A stretch of 64,000 nt of DNA, from positions 2,373 to 66,372 of the forward strand of contig JAITFI010000101.1 of NCBI GenBank assembly GCA_031281485.1. The letters are read 5' to 3'. This DNA is from Chitinispirillales bacterium (lineage in GTDB: Bacteria; Fibrobacterota; Chitinivibrionia; Chitinivibrionales; Chitinispirillaceae). Below the pieces are notes generated by a model. It saw only the letters and a list, made by a program, of their open reading frames with translations, searched no databases and was not told the origin of the DNA. Position 1 is the first letter of the stretch, and the number at the start of each line of letters is the position of its first letter. The position numbers and the translations under genes are program-made. Of the stretch, positions 55,001 to 62,697 are shown piece after piece.

Positions 55001-55307
55001 CATAGACTGGCAACAAAACTCGCGGACTCAAATCTCGGTTCCGTGGTCAATAGGCCGGACGTGGAGAGTTGGGACGCACGTATATATATCGTACAAGCAC
55101 GTAAGGGACGGGGACAAATTGCTTTGCGTGTGCGAGAGCGTGAGAAAATCTAAGTACACCAATAAAGTTACCTGTGACCTAATAATCCTTGATGATGTTG
55201 CCAGTGCGTTCGGCAGCTACTCAACGATAGAAGAAATAGGTAGTGCAAACATAGAAATAGATGAAAACGCAATGCGAGACACTGAAATCGCGGAGGGACA
55301 AACATGA
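52038..55307 (+). CDS. Large (1,089 aa) phage tail/host-specificity-like protein
   Basis: AGGAGG SD. No enzymatic motifs. The segment ..NPIDAVEHLLRL...IDTESFD.. resembles tail-tip/host-specificity proteins. The call is low-confidence. Confidence 0.4.
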   Translation: MINSIMCVYIVLDGDSAENIGQEDPSIGLFKVLNTVTNSQMYALVYAEDDLSRYGAGAIKHATGFLASNGIGEISEAGNFKSGGGNVQTRQTNITINNTNGLTDSLNRLGIRLIGQRVYIVEYSDGVANPLYSGIVDALTWNETTIQLATLPNTGLTRRSNVMIDGLPVTLGNCRLAEHLRTGEPVYLNYSDFVASNDADEDFIISKIQGDIAGSSLAHKILIELGDSITITENDIYDRLLERYGFKRDRSVKANDIAVFAVIKESNWGVPLRTYDPFTLDLVDWTEDTGDPGMPYRDHRSVFLVIHLERELSFGDVPPYTVRLVIPNLQFMADGWPNASVDTPTPKQSSPNIDLYGGDGDMYEVANSLVLPIRPYGRAIDYDKTRRDISHSIYPAKIEIMPFELSDSTLATIASYLPVTLPQDVRGNTDIDLLGERGATGQRLFLIVDDRILLFPNTAINSWTDEWTSGGRRLEYLNNGLYWDTVPDDSQVTVYPPAWAYPPRYGPGPDRNELRRGGGSDVDLSTYAWLSFRSVNSSGGGSTGNYVCAIIVGLPAIPNGYSHYKDAFLHTSMVLRYTTVDSHGGPKLDDMAIMAITRGDTNSRTMQSWPDRIFLGQGGTVHMDNHIATALDGSGRNIYDLEDQRAEFIANVLKDGDRLIRLTGYENFKIDGIDFLSDRRRQMAIIFNAPNVDPAPPYDMTFDLRIHEIGVLFKADINISERIKYRSSGRTFGGINSAYSDMVWENRKVAHNHISNPIDAVEHLLRLSNWAENDPGLLYAPNPGKQYAAERATLIDTESFDSATLNQIRQLSMAGQVLDEGKAYNDAIADDICKDFYIARKHKLLTGVAVGGNTLNWIGNFAPPFESVGSLDTPPPEGEIPVVTLKESQLVTIKEPSSRDIWCQPIVKYFHVNGIGYTKSMAVTGIVTNTAWNADLTPGFEPLDGERVWNKCKTLFLKYGNFVEMPESAQGQDWIRDYSTALWKINKIIDWQQNSRTQISVPWSIGRTWRVGTHVYISYKHVRDGDKLLCVCESVRKSKYTNKVTCDLIILDDVASAFGSYSTIEEIGSANIEIDENAMRDTEIAEGQT

Positions 55308-55450
55308 ATACGATAAGAGCAGATGTTTTGCGCGTGTTGGATACGAAACCAGCATTTCAGGGCGGAATCCTCAAAGACCGGATGTTCGGGTTTACACTTG
55401 ACACGCACGAGTTTGTTGCAATGACAAACGGGGGTGCCTATGACGAATAA
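55304..55450 (+). CDS. Hypothetical small protein (48 aa)
   Basis: ATGA overlap with the preceding stop. Below the ORF-track cutoff. Confidence 0.35.
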   Translation: MNTIRADVLRVLDTKPAFQGGILKDRMFGFTLDTHEFVAMTNGGAYDE

Positions 55451-55826
55451 GTCAAAGATACCCGTTCCAAGCGAGAGTAAAGAGCAGATCGCCCTATTCT
55501 ACTGGGCGAGGCTGAACGTGTCCAGTATACCGGAGTTAGGGCTCTTATTTAGTATTCCCAACGGCGGATATAGGACGCCATCCACCGCTGCCAGGATGAA
55601 AGCGGAGGGCGAACGAGCAGGGGTGCCGGACTGTTTCCTACCGATCCCGAGAGGGAGGTATTCGGGGCTATGGATCGAACTTAAAAGACTTCGCGGTAGC
55701 AAAATCGACCCACTACAAAAGTGGTGGGCTGAACGGTTATCCGCGCAGGGCTATGCTCACGTTTTCGCTTATGGCTGGGAGGAGGCAGTCAAGGCTATTG
55801 AAACGTATTTGAGCGGTCAATTTTGA
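55440..55826 (+). CDS. VRR-NUC domain nuclease
   Basis: ESKEQIALFYWA...IPNGGYR...GVPDCFLPIP...LWIELKRLRGSKIDPLQKWW matches the VRR-NUC (PD-(D/E)xK) pattern. Confidence 0.75.
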   Translation: MTNKSKIPVPSESKEQIALFYWARLNVSSIPELGLLFSIPNGGYRTPSTAARMKAEGERAGVPDCFLPIPRGRYSGLWIELKRLRGSKIDPLQKWWAERLSAQGYAHVFAYGWEEAVKAIETYLSGQF

Positions 55827-55954
55827 CCGCTGGGAAAACACGAGAGTGTTCACGTCAACGAGAGAGGCGACAAAACAGTATTTTCTTGTTGCGAAAAACA
55901 CGGAAGTTTAGTATATTAACTATAATCACAATCTAACCGTTAGGAGGTAGTAGA

Positions 55955-56149
55955 ATGATTGCATTACCGGAAACGGATTTTCAAAAGCAATTTCGCGAGC
56001 GCAAAGAACGCGAGGAGGCCGAGAAGGAACGCCTTCACATGGTGATTTTAGGGAAGACGTATAAACGTTTTCTTTCGCTGGGCAGGAATCCGGTAACGGG
56101 GAAACTCCTTAAGGATTCCCCGTATTATGGCACACTGGGGAGGTCGTGA
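55955..56149 (+). CDS. Hypothetical protein
   Basis: 64 aa, AGGAGG SD. Confidence 0.5.
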   Translation: MIALPETDFQKQFRERKEREEAEKERLHMVILGKTYKRFLSLGRNPVTGKLLKDSPYYGTLGRS

Positions 56150-56151
56150 TC

Positions 56152-56439
56152 ATGGTGACGGCTGACGAACTCCAAAGGCAAAAGGAATCCCTTACACCCC
56201 AAATAAAGGCAAGGCTTGCCACTTTGGAGGCCGAGCGCCGGGCAGATAGGGAGAGAGAAGAGGCACGGACGGCGCGACGCGCTGCGGAGCTACGGGATAA
56301 TGAGCTGAACCGGCATAGGGCACCCTTTAGCGTGAGCAAGCACCCTATACCGGCCGGGTACGTCGCGACGGGAAACCGTCCGCGCAGTTACCCTATACCG
56401 CCCGGATACGTCGCGGTAAATAACAACAACCAAAACTAA
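56152..56439 (+). CDS. Hypothetical coiled-coil protein
   Basis: ATG at 56152 has better SD spacing than the GTG at 56146. Confidence 0.45.
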   Translation: MVTADELQRQKESLTPQIKARLATLEAERRADREREEARTARRAAELRDNELNRHRAPFSVSKHPIPAGYVATGNRPRSYPIPPGYVAVNNNNQN

Positions 56440-56456
56440 TTGAAAGGTGGTAAATT

Positions 56457-56696
56457 ATGAAAAAGATAAAAATGCGTAAACCCCATGATTACGCGACGGT
56501 GTCGATTAAAAAGGACGGCGAGCTATACCGCCGCGCCGTCGCGGGAAGTGTCCCCGCAATTATACTTTACCTATGCGCCAACGTTCCCGAAAGGTGGAAG
56601 TTAGACCTTGAAATATTGCCGGTATTGATACGCATGGAGCGGGACAGGTGGAAGATCACCGCGGGCGGATATACCTACAACGCGGCGGCAGCATGA
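56457..56696 (+). CDS. Hypothetical protein
   Basis: 79 aa, GAAAGGTGG SD. Its stop overlaps the terS ATG as ATGA. Confidence 0.45.
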   Translation: MKKIKMRKPHDYATVSIKKDGELYRRAVAGSVPAIILYLCANVPERWKLDLEILPVLIRMERDRWKITAGGYTYNAAAA

Positions 56697-57178
56697 TGGA
56701 GACTACGACGCAACCTGGAACGGACGCTCAGTCTGGCAAGAGGGCGCGGGGGGCTACGGTCTACCGCGCCGAATATGCGGATATTGCCGAGGCTGCCGCT
56801 GCTGAAATGGGCGCGACGGACGCGAATTTGGCGCGAGTCTTCAAAGTAACTCCAAGAGCGATTTTACAGTGGAAGAAAAAACATCCGGCCTTCGCTGAAG
56901 CTCTTGCGAGGGGCAAAGAGGAAGCCGACGCGAAGGTCGTAAAGTGTCTATATCAACGGGCGACGGGGTATACGTATACCGAGAAGGCGGTCGTAACATT
57001 CCCCGATGGTGGGCAGCAGGTAACAGAACACGAAAAACACGCGCCGCCCAACGTGGACGCCCAAGTCAAATGGCTTTACAATCGACAGCCTAAGCGGTGG
57101 CGACCGCAACCTCTTGAAAATCAAGACGAGGACACGCTACCGTCCGTAGTGATCACATACGAGGAAGACAAGGCATAA
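56693..57178 (+). CDS. terS: Terminase small subunit
   Basis: 161 aa. HTH LARVFKVTPRAILQWKKKHPAFAEALARGKEEADAKV..CLYQRATGY is typical of small terminases. It lies directly upstream of terL. Confidence 0.7.
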   Translation: MMETTTQPGTDAQSGKRARGATVYRAEYADIAEAAAAEMGATDANLARVFKVTPRAILQWKKKHPAFAEALARGKEEADAKVVKCLYQRATGYTYTEKAVVTFPDGGQQVTEHEKHAPPNVDAQVKWLYNRQPKRWRPQPLENQDEDTLPSVVITYEEDKA

Positions 57179-57179
57179 G

Positions 57180-58445
57180 ATGGACAACACAGAAACAACA
57201 ATAAAAATCGTCTTGAGCCGTCCGCAAATGCAATTCAAGCGACTCGACAAGAAATACCGCGCTTTCGTGGGCGGCTACCGTTCCGGCAAAACATGGGTGG
57301 GGTGTACAAATATTTGTGACCATATCGCGAAATATCCGAGAGTGAGCGCCGGTTACTTTGTCCCCACATATCCTATGCTCGAAGATATTTTCTATCCGAC
57401 AATCGAGAGCGTCGCGCCGTTATTCGGTTTTAAAGTCGAGATTAACCGCTCAAAGAAGCGCGTGTTTTTCTTCCGGTACGGTAAATATTACGGGGAATGT
57501 ATCTGCCGCTCAATGGAACAGCCGGAGCGCATAGTAGGCTTTAAAATTGGATATGCATTGATAGACGAGATAGACTTATTGCCGAAACCCAAGGCGGACA
57601 TTGTCTGGAACAAGGTCGCAGCGCGCATGAGCTATGCCATTGACGGCTTGCCCAACCGCATAGACGTAACGACAACGCCGGAGGGCTACGGGTTCGCGTA
57701 TAATAAATTCGTTGCAAATAAAACCGACTCCTACGGAATCGTCCACGCCTCAACACGCGACAATGCAAAGAACTTACCGCCCGACTATATCCCGTCGCTC
57801 ATTGAAACGTACCCGTCGTATTTAATCGACGCGTATCTCGAAGGCCGCTTCGTCAATTTGACAGCCGGTACGGTTTATCACGCCTACAAGCGCGACGTGC
57901 ACGATAGTAATGAGGAAATCCGCCCCGGTGATAGGTTGTTCATCGGTCAAGACTTCAACGTAGGCAAGATGTGTTCAGCGGTATTGGTGCAACGCAATAA
58001 CGTATTTCACGTTGTCGATCAACTAACCGGCGTTATGGACACGCCCGCGCTATGCAAATTGTTGACCGAGAGATATAGGGGACACGAGATATTGATTTAT
58101 CCCGACGCGACAGGCGGAGCGCGAAAAACCGTGAACTCGTCAATGTCAGACATTATGCTTTTGAAGAGCGCGGGTTTTATCGTGCGGGTTAATAATTCTA
58201 ACCCTGCGGTACGCGATCGAGTAGTCTCTATAAATAATGCGTTTGAAAGGGGGTTATTGCGCGTTAATGCGCGGAAGTGTCGCGAGGTGTCGAGTTGTTT
58301 AGAAAAACAAGCGTATGATACAAATGGCGAACCGGACAAGGCCGCGGGCTTCGACCACATGAATGACGCGCTGGGTTATTTTGTCACCCATGAATTACCC
58401 GTGCGAAGGCCTGCGCTGATAGTAGGCCTTCGCACGGGCTCTTGA
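57180..58445 (+). CDS. terL: Terminase large subunit
   Basis: 421 aa. Walker A GGYRSGKT, Walker B-like ALIDEID. The C-terminal nuclease half carries acidic motifs. Confidence 0.8.
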   Translation: MDNTETTIKIVLSRPQMQFKRLDKKYRAFVGGYRSGKTWVGCTNICDHIAKYPRVSAGYFVPTYPMLEDIFYPTIESVAPLFGFKVEINRSKKRVFFFRYGKYYGECICRSMEQPERIVGFKIGYALIDEIDLLPKPKADIVWNKVAARMSYAIDGLPNRIDVTTTPEGYGFAYNKFVANKTDSYGIVHASTRDNAKNLPPDYIPSLIETYPSYLIDAYLEGRFVNLTAGTVYHAYKRDVHDSNEEIRPGDRLFIGQDFNVGKMCSAVLVQRNNVFHVVDQLTGVMDTPALCKLLTERYRGHEILIYPDATGGARKTVNSSMSDIMLLKSAGFIVRVNNSNPAVRDRVVSINNAFERGLLRVNARKCREVSSCLEKQAYDTNGEPDKAAGFDHMNDALGYFVTHELPVRRPALIVGLRTGS

Positions 58446-58557
58446 TGTGGAAAACGAAAGGCGCAAGGAGTGATCCGGCTTTATTGGTTGACCAGCCTAA
58501 TCCCGGTTTGGCCCCCTTGGGGGCCGCGCCTCCTACCTTATTCTGCCATTGCTTGCC

Positions 58558-59037
58558 CTATAGCTGTCGGATAAAGTCTTTGTTACAAAAATAGGTTCTT
58601 GCGGCGCCCCATGTGCCGCCCTCATACTTTACTCTTGCGGATGTAAAAACAAGCGTGTCGTTGCCACGTAATTCGTATCTCCATGACCAATTTATCGTCC
58701 CTCGTGACTCTATGCGGTTTGTAGCAAATATCTCATTACCCGAAGTGTACCAGCTGTCCATTATATTGCTTTGATTAACCACCGTAGTTTCTGGCCAGTC
58801 TTCGTTATTTACGTAGTCAAGCCCGCTCCCGGTCAATACAATGCTGTTGCCATTAAACTCGTATGTCAGGTCAATACTTGATCTTATTTGGTTGCAACTG
58901 CCCTCGCATAGGTGGTCAACACCAGCAATAAACCACTTTCCGTATAGGCGGCTATCTTGGGCCTGTCCCTCTTTAGGGTCAGTTCCGCAACCGGAGAGGA
59001 GGGCGAAGAGGGCGGCTAGGAGTAGTAGGCGTTTCAT
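58558..59037 (-). CDS. Lipoprotein
   Basis: 159 aa. Signal peptide with lipobox LLSGC. Confidence 0.6.
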   Translation of the reverse strand: MKRLLLLAALFALLSGCGTDPKEGQAQDSRLYGKWFIAGVDHLCEGSCNQIRSSIDLTYEFNGNSIVLTGSGLDYVNNEDWPETTVVNQSNIMDSWYTSGNEIFATNRIESRGTINWSWRYELRGNDTLVFTSARVKYEGGTWGAARTYFCNKDFIRQL

Positions 59038-59072
59038 TTTGGGTCCTTTCCTATAACCTATTTAACTATTTG

Positions 59073-59417
59073 TCATAGTTCTCTTTGCTGCCCAAGCCCA
59101 GAAACAAGGGTATCTACCGCCTGTTTGGCTTCCGGCGCGAGCGTCCTATAAAAGCCGACAAGGGAGGCCTCGGCGGGTGAGTGTATGGCGTCGGGTATTG
59201 CGTGTTCGGATAGTACAGCCGCCACCCGCTTCATTAATTTGGTCGAGGGTGCCCGCTCCGACCGCTCTATTTGCGAGACATACTGCCAAGTAACACCGAG
59301 GGCGTCGGCGAATTGTTGTTGCGTCAAACCGCACCGGCGCCGGGCGTCGCGGACGATTTCGGCGGCTGCGCCGTCGATGGTTGGCTTGTTCGGGGCTTGC
59401 CTATTTTCTGTGTCCAT
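59073..59417 (-). CDS. XRE-family HTH regulator
   Basis: 114 aa. LTQQQFADALGVTWQYVSQIERSERAPS. Confidence 0.75.
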   Translation of the reverse strand: MDTENRQAPNKPTIDGAAAEIVRDARRRCGLTQQQFADALGVTWQYVSQIERSERAPSTKLMKRVAAVLSEHAIPDAIHSPAEASLVGFYRTLAPEAKQAVDTLVSGLGQQREL

Positions 59418-59438
59418 ATCTTAAATATATATTGTTTT

Positions 59439-59544
59439 CTTGCCTTTTTACAACAAAATCTCACAATAATTTATATATTTTTACTACTTGCTTTAAAAAA
59501 GAATAAAAATAAAAATAAATTTGCTTGCTTTTTACAAACAAAAA
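59439..59544. promoter_or_regulatory. Divergent promoter/operator region with repeated CTTGC-TTTTTACAA-CAAAA boxes
   Basis: cttgcctttttacaacaaaa (59439-59458) and cttgctttttacaaacaaaaa (59524-59544), plus a partial third copy. AT-rich, with TATATT/TATTAT boxes. Confidence 0.45.
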
Positions 59545-59622
59545 GGTTATATTATAGGGGTAGGGCGGGGAAACAGCCCGATGACGAAATAAAACACATT
59601 TTTAGAAAGGGAGGGGCATGAC

Positions 59623-59907
59623 ATGGGCAGCGACAGCGAAACCTCGGTCGTCTATGACGATGACCTACTTGAAATCATTGCCGATATGCTCGATCTATCA
59701 ATCTGTATTAAGGTCTTTTTTGAGGGATTAGACCCTGACGACTATTCCTACGAGAGACGTCAAGCGGCAGCAAAAATGATAGGTCTTGCGGCAACGAGTG
59801 TCCTGACCGTGACGCGCTCGCGCGCGCTTGGGCAAGCTCTGCCCAGGCGCGCGCGGAGCTTGCAAAACTACAGAAAGATATTTCTGACACCAGCAAAGCC
59901 ACCGTAA
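59623..59907 (+). CDS. Hypothetical protein, possibly frameshifted
   Basis: GGGAGGGG SD. From about 59820 a more protein-like reading continues in another frame to 60040, with the switch at a CGCGCGCGC run. Confidence 0.35.
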   Translation: MGSDSETSVVYDDDLLEIIADMLDLSICIKVFFEGLDPDDYSYERRQAAAKMIGLAATSVLTVTRSRALGQALPRRARSLQNYRKIFLTPAKPP

Positions 59908-60169
59908 AGGCCGCTGAGAGGTTGGTCGATAGAATAGAAACGGCGGCCATATTCGGGACGGTGCCCCACAAAGGAGCCAAAGAGGCGCTTGTCTTGCCCA
60001 TTATCATGATCGCCGGAGGGGCACCCCCTAAAACTGGGTAAAGAAAGCCATTGCAAGGCAGGCGGCGGAAGGTCTAAACCGGGCGAGACTTCAACGGCAG
60101 GGGACGGTCAAAAAAAAGACTGCGGACGGGGCGCAAAGATATTATATTTCATAGGGAGGGCAGGCCGAT

Positions 60170-60607
60170 ATGTTTAGGATATGTTTTGATAATTGTTGCA
60201 ATAGCCGGTTATTCGACGACGAAACAAAGCCGAATATAAAGGCGGAGGCCGACGCAATACGGCGCATTATTAACAACAAGCGGCGCGGCGGTTACGTCAT
60301 TATCGGCAGTTTTGCCGGATACGCTGAAATTAACAAAATATCCGACGACAAAGCGCGGCAGGCCGCAAAACAGAAATATGAAGGGTATATTGACGACTGG
60401 ATTAAAAAGGCCGCCCCGATAATGGCAAGGGCGCGGAAGTTAGAAGCGTATGGGCTTATCGGATGGGACGCCGCCCACCTTGCGGCGGCTGAGGCGGCGC
60501 GGGCAGATTATCTTTTGACGGTGGACAAAGATTTTTTAAAGGTATGTTTACGGTCGAATTTTACAAAGGTTAAAGTTATAAACCCTATAGACTTTGAAAG
60601 GCGGTAA
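60170..60607 (+). CDS. PIN-domain-like protein
   Basis: 145 aa, AGGGAGGG SD. N-terminal CFDN acidic residue. The C-terminal GWDAAHLAAAEAARADYLLTVDKDF is PIN-typical. Confidence 0.55.
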   Translation: MFRICFDNCCNSRLFDDETKPNIKAEADAIRRIINNKRRGGYVIIGSFAGYAEINKISDDKARQAAKQKYEGYIDDWIKKAAPIMARARKLEAYGLIGWDAAHLAAAEAARADYLLTVDKDFLKVCLRSNFTKVKVINPIDFERR

Positions 60608-60610
60608 ACT

Positions 60611-60820
60611 ATGACAACGGCAAAGCGCGGTAATTGGATTGAAGAATGGCGCGAGGCGCGGAAAAATACCACACTGGACGAAATCGAAGCCATAGCCGAT
60701 AGGTTAGAGGCCGAACCCACGGAGCGGCGGGGGCTGACGCCGGAAGAGTTAGATGAAAAATACGGGCGGATAGAAGAGCCGCAACCAACCACGCGCCGCG
60801 CTGAACTGGTGGGCGCGTAA
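60611..60820 (+). CDS. Hypothetical acidic protein
   Basis: 69 aa, starting 3 nt after the PIN stop. Confidence 0.45.
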   Translation: MTTAKRGNWIEEWREARKNTTLDEIEAIADRLEAEPTERRGLTPEELDEKYGRIEEPQPTTRRAELVGA

Positions 60821-60879
60821 CTGACCGCCACCCGCCCATGAACAACGGGTGGGACAAAATACCCATTAAGGAGTAGAGT

Positions 60880-61140
60880 ATGGTCACGATAGACGCAGGC
60901 GAGTTGATACGGTGGGCAAAGACCGAAATGAAAAAAGCCATTGCCAAAATGGACGCGGCAGACGCTACATTGGACGCGGCGCGGGAGATGTGCACCGCAA
61001 TGATAGAAGCGGCGACGCCGATGTATATTCGCATGGGCGATAGACTCAAGGCCGCAGGATACCTTCCTACTGATCGAAGAGGTAATTTGACATATTGGGA
61101 ACCCCGGAAAACCGTTCACCCCAACGTATGCGCGAAATAG
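60880..61140 (+). CDS. Hypothetical protein
   Basis: 86 aa, AAGGAG SD. Confidence 0.5.
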   Translation: MVTIDAGELIRWAKTEMKKAIAKMDAADATLDAAREMCTAMIEAATPMYIRMGDRLKAAGYLPTDRRGNLTYWEPRKTVHPNVCAK

Positions 61141-61220
61141 GAAGCGCCCACCCACCCCCCCTTTTTCCGTCCCCGATGTGTCGTATCTTTTCGTAATTTT
61201 CTGTAGTTTTTATTTTAAAA

Positions 61221-61242
61221 TTAGTCAAATGTTAGTCAAATT
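61221..61242. promoter_or_regulatory. TTAGTCA direct repeats near the right end of element 2
   Basis: TTAGTCAAATGTTAGTCAAATT, a 20/22 match to 46267-46288. Confidence 0.5.
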
Positions 61243-61281
61243 ATCCAAAAAAAACGCTAAAATACTAAGCATTTTACAAAA

Positions 61282-61298
61282 TGCGCGAATATGTACAA
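61282..61298. repeat. attR core of element 2 (17-bp direct repeat)
   Basis: TGCGCGAATATGTACAA, identical to 46123-46139. Confidence 0.85.
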
Positions 61299-61905
61299 AA
61301 CGTTTGAGAACACACAAGGTTCCGCCAAAATGTCCACTCAAAAATCTGAATCAAACACTATCGTACAGAGACCTAAACCATCTCCAACCGCCTACTACGA
61401 GACACATCTTACAGATAGCAGAGACGGGAAGACATATCGGACAGTTGTGATAGGCGCCAAGAGATGGATGGCGGAGAATATTAACTACCAAACCGATAAT
61501 TCTTGGTGTTATGGCGACAATAACTCCAATTGCGGCAAATACGGCCGACTATACAACTGGAATACGGCAATGACGGTCTGTCCGGCTGATTGGCACCTAC
61601 CATCTCGTCAGGAATGGAAAAATTTGATTAACGCGGTCGGCGACAAAAAAGGACAGGGTAAAAAGCTCAAATCGAAACCGCCAATATGGAATGGCAACAA
61701 CGCGTACGGATTTTCGGCTATGCCGGGAGGTATCCGCGAAAGCGACGGCCGTTTCTACAATATTGATTACCACGGTTATTGGTGGACATCTACGGAGAAC
61801 GGTAGTAGCGACGCTTACTATCATAATATATTCTATAATGTCGCAGACGTGCTCGAAGGCCTCAACAATAAGAGCAATGGGTTTTCGGTTCGTTGTGTTC
61901 AATAG
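61291..61905 (+). pseudogene. C-terminal fragment of the split gene: linker + Fibrobacter-succinogenes-major-paralogous-domain-like module
   Basis: MYKTFENTQGS.. continues the paralog alignment (..ANMYKKFAEIQGS.. in 41272-42399). WMAENINY...NCGKYGRLYNW..A...CPADWHLPS..EW..L....GFSAMPGG....G.......GYWWTS pattern. Confidence 0.75.
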
Positions 61906-62013
61906 TAAATCGACGTATGGTGTTGTACTTTGGCAGGTAGGTTGGATATTATGCGGTATTGTTTCATAATCACAAAAATCTCAACCGTTTTCACTTGAAA
62001 GGAGTGAGGCATT

Positions 62014-62589
62014 ATGAGAAAAGTCATTGCGGGTGTTGGTGACAGGATTGGCGATCGACACGATGTCGACGTTGGATGTGAACTTGGAGGAAGAGAGGGG
62101 GTGATAAAAGCAAAGAGCGGGATTTCGCTCATGGTATTGGCGGTTGTGTTATTATTCGGAAGTTCACTTGTCGGTTGTAGCGGTACTTTGGGAACATTCA
62201 CGGTTATTTCCACCAAAAACGTTGACTGGAGTAGAGCGTCAGAATTCAATCGCAATAATCAGCGTGTAAAAGGTAAGGATGTATATCACATTATCGTTTT
62301 TGTCCCGACTAAATTAAACGTTACGGTGTCTGAGGCTTTGGACAATGCATTACTCCAAATTCCAGGAGCCATTGCAATGGTTGACGCCACTGTTAAGGTA
62401 TCTACTTTTTATATTCCATATATTTATGGAAGAAGTGGATATTCTATTGAAGGAAGCGTTCTTGTAGATCCAAAACTTGCCTTATTTTATGAGGGTTCGT
62501 CAAGTCATTTAGTTCTTTATACTGAAGACGGAAAGAACTTCAAAAAACGGTCAGTCAGTGAGGCTGAATATTTGACATATATAAAATAA
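62014..62589 (+). CDS. Putative lipoprotein
   Basis: AAAGGAG SD at 62014. An internal MVLAVVLLFGSSLVGCSG lipobox follows from 62131. The start is uncertain. Confidence 0.55.
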   Translation: MRKVIAGVGDRIGDRHDVDVGCELGGREGVIKAKSGISLMVLAVVLLFGSSLVGCSGTLGTFTVISTKNVDWSRASEFNRNNQRVKGKDVYHIIVFVPTKLNVTVSEALDNALLQIPGAIAMVDATVKVSTFYIPYIYGRSGYSIEGSVLVDPKLALFYEGSSSHLVLYTEDGKNFKKRSVSEAEYLTYIK

Positions 62590-62697
62590 AAAGTGTAGTC
62601 CACGTCTTCCGCCGTTGTTAGCCATAAAGCGCTGGTTCAACGCATTGTGTTCCGGTAACCCACGCCAAACCTCCGCGGTCAATAGGTCGATGGTATG

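Larger units (their letters stand above)
46140..61298. mobile_element. Element 2: ~15.2-kb integrative phage-related element inserted in a coding sequence
   Basis: 17-bp direct repeats, a terminal integrase, repressor/cro/xis, a RecA-like ATPase, iterons and terS/terL. The flanking gene halves join in frame. Confidence 0.8.

Noticed and set aside
60508-61155. 215-aa and 146-aa minus-strand ORFs at the right end of element 2
   Set aside because: They are antisense to three plus-strand genes that each have strong SD sequences. Their translations are Cys/Arg/Ser-rich.
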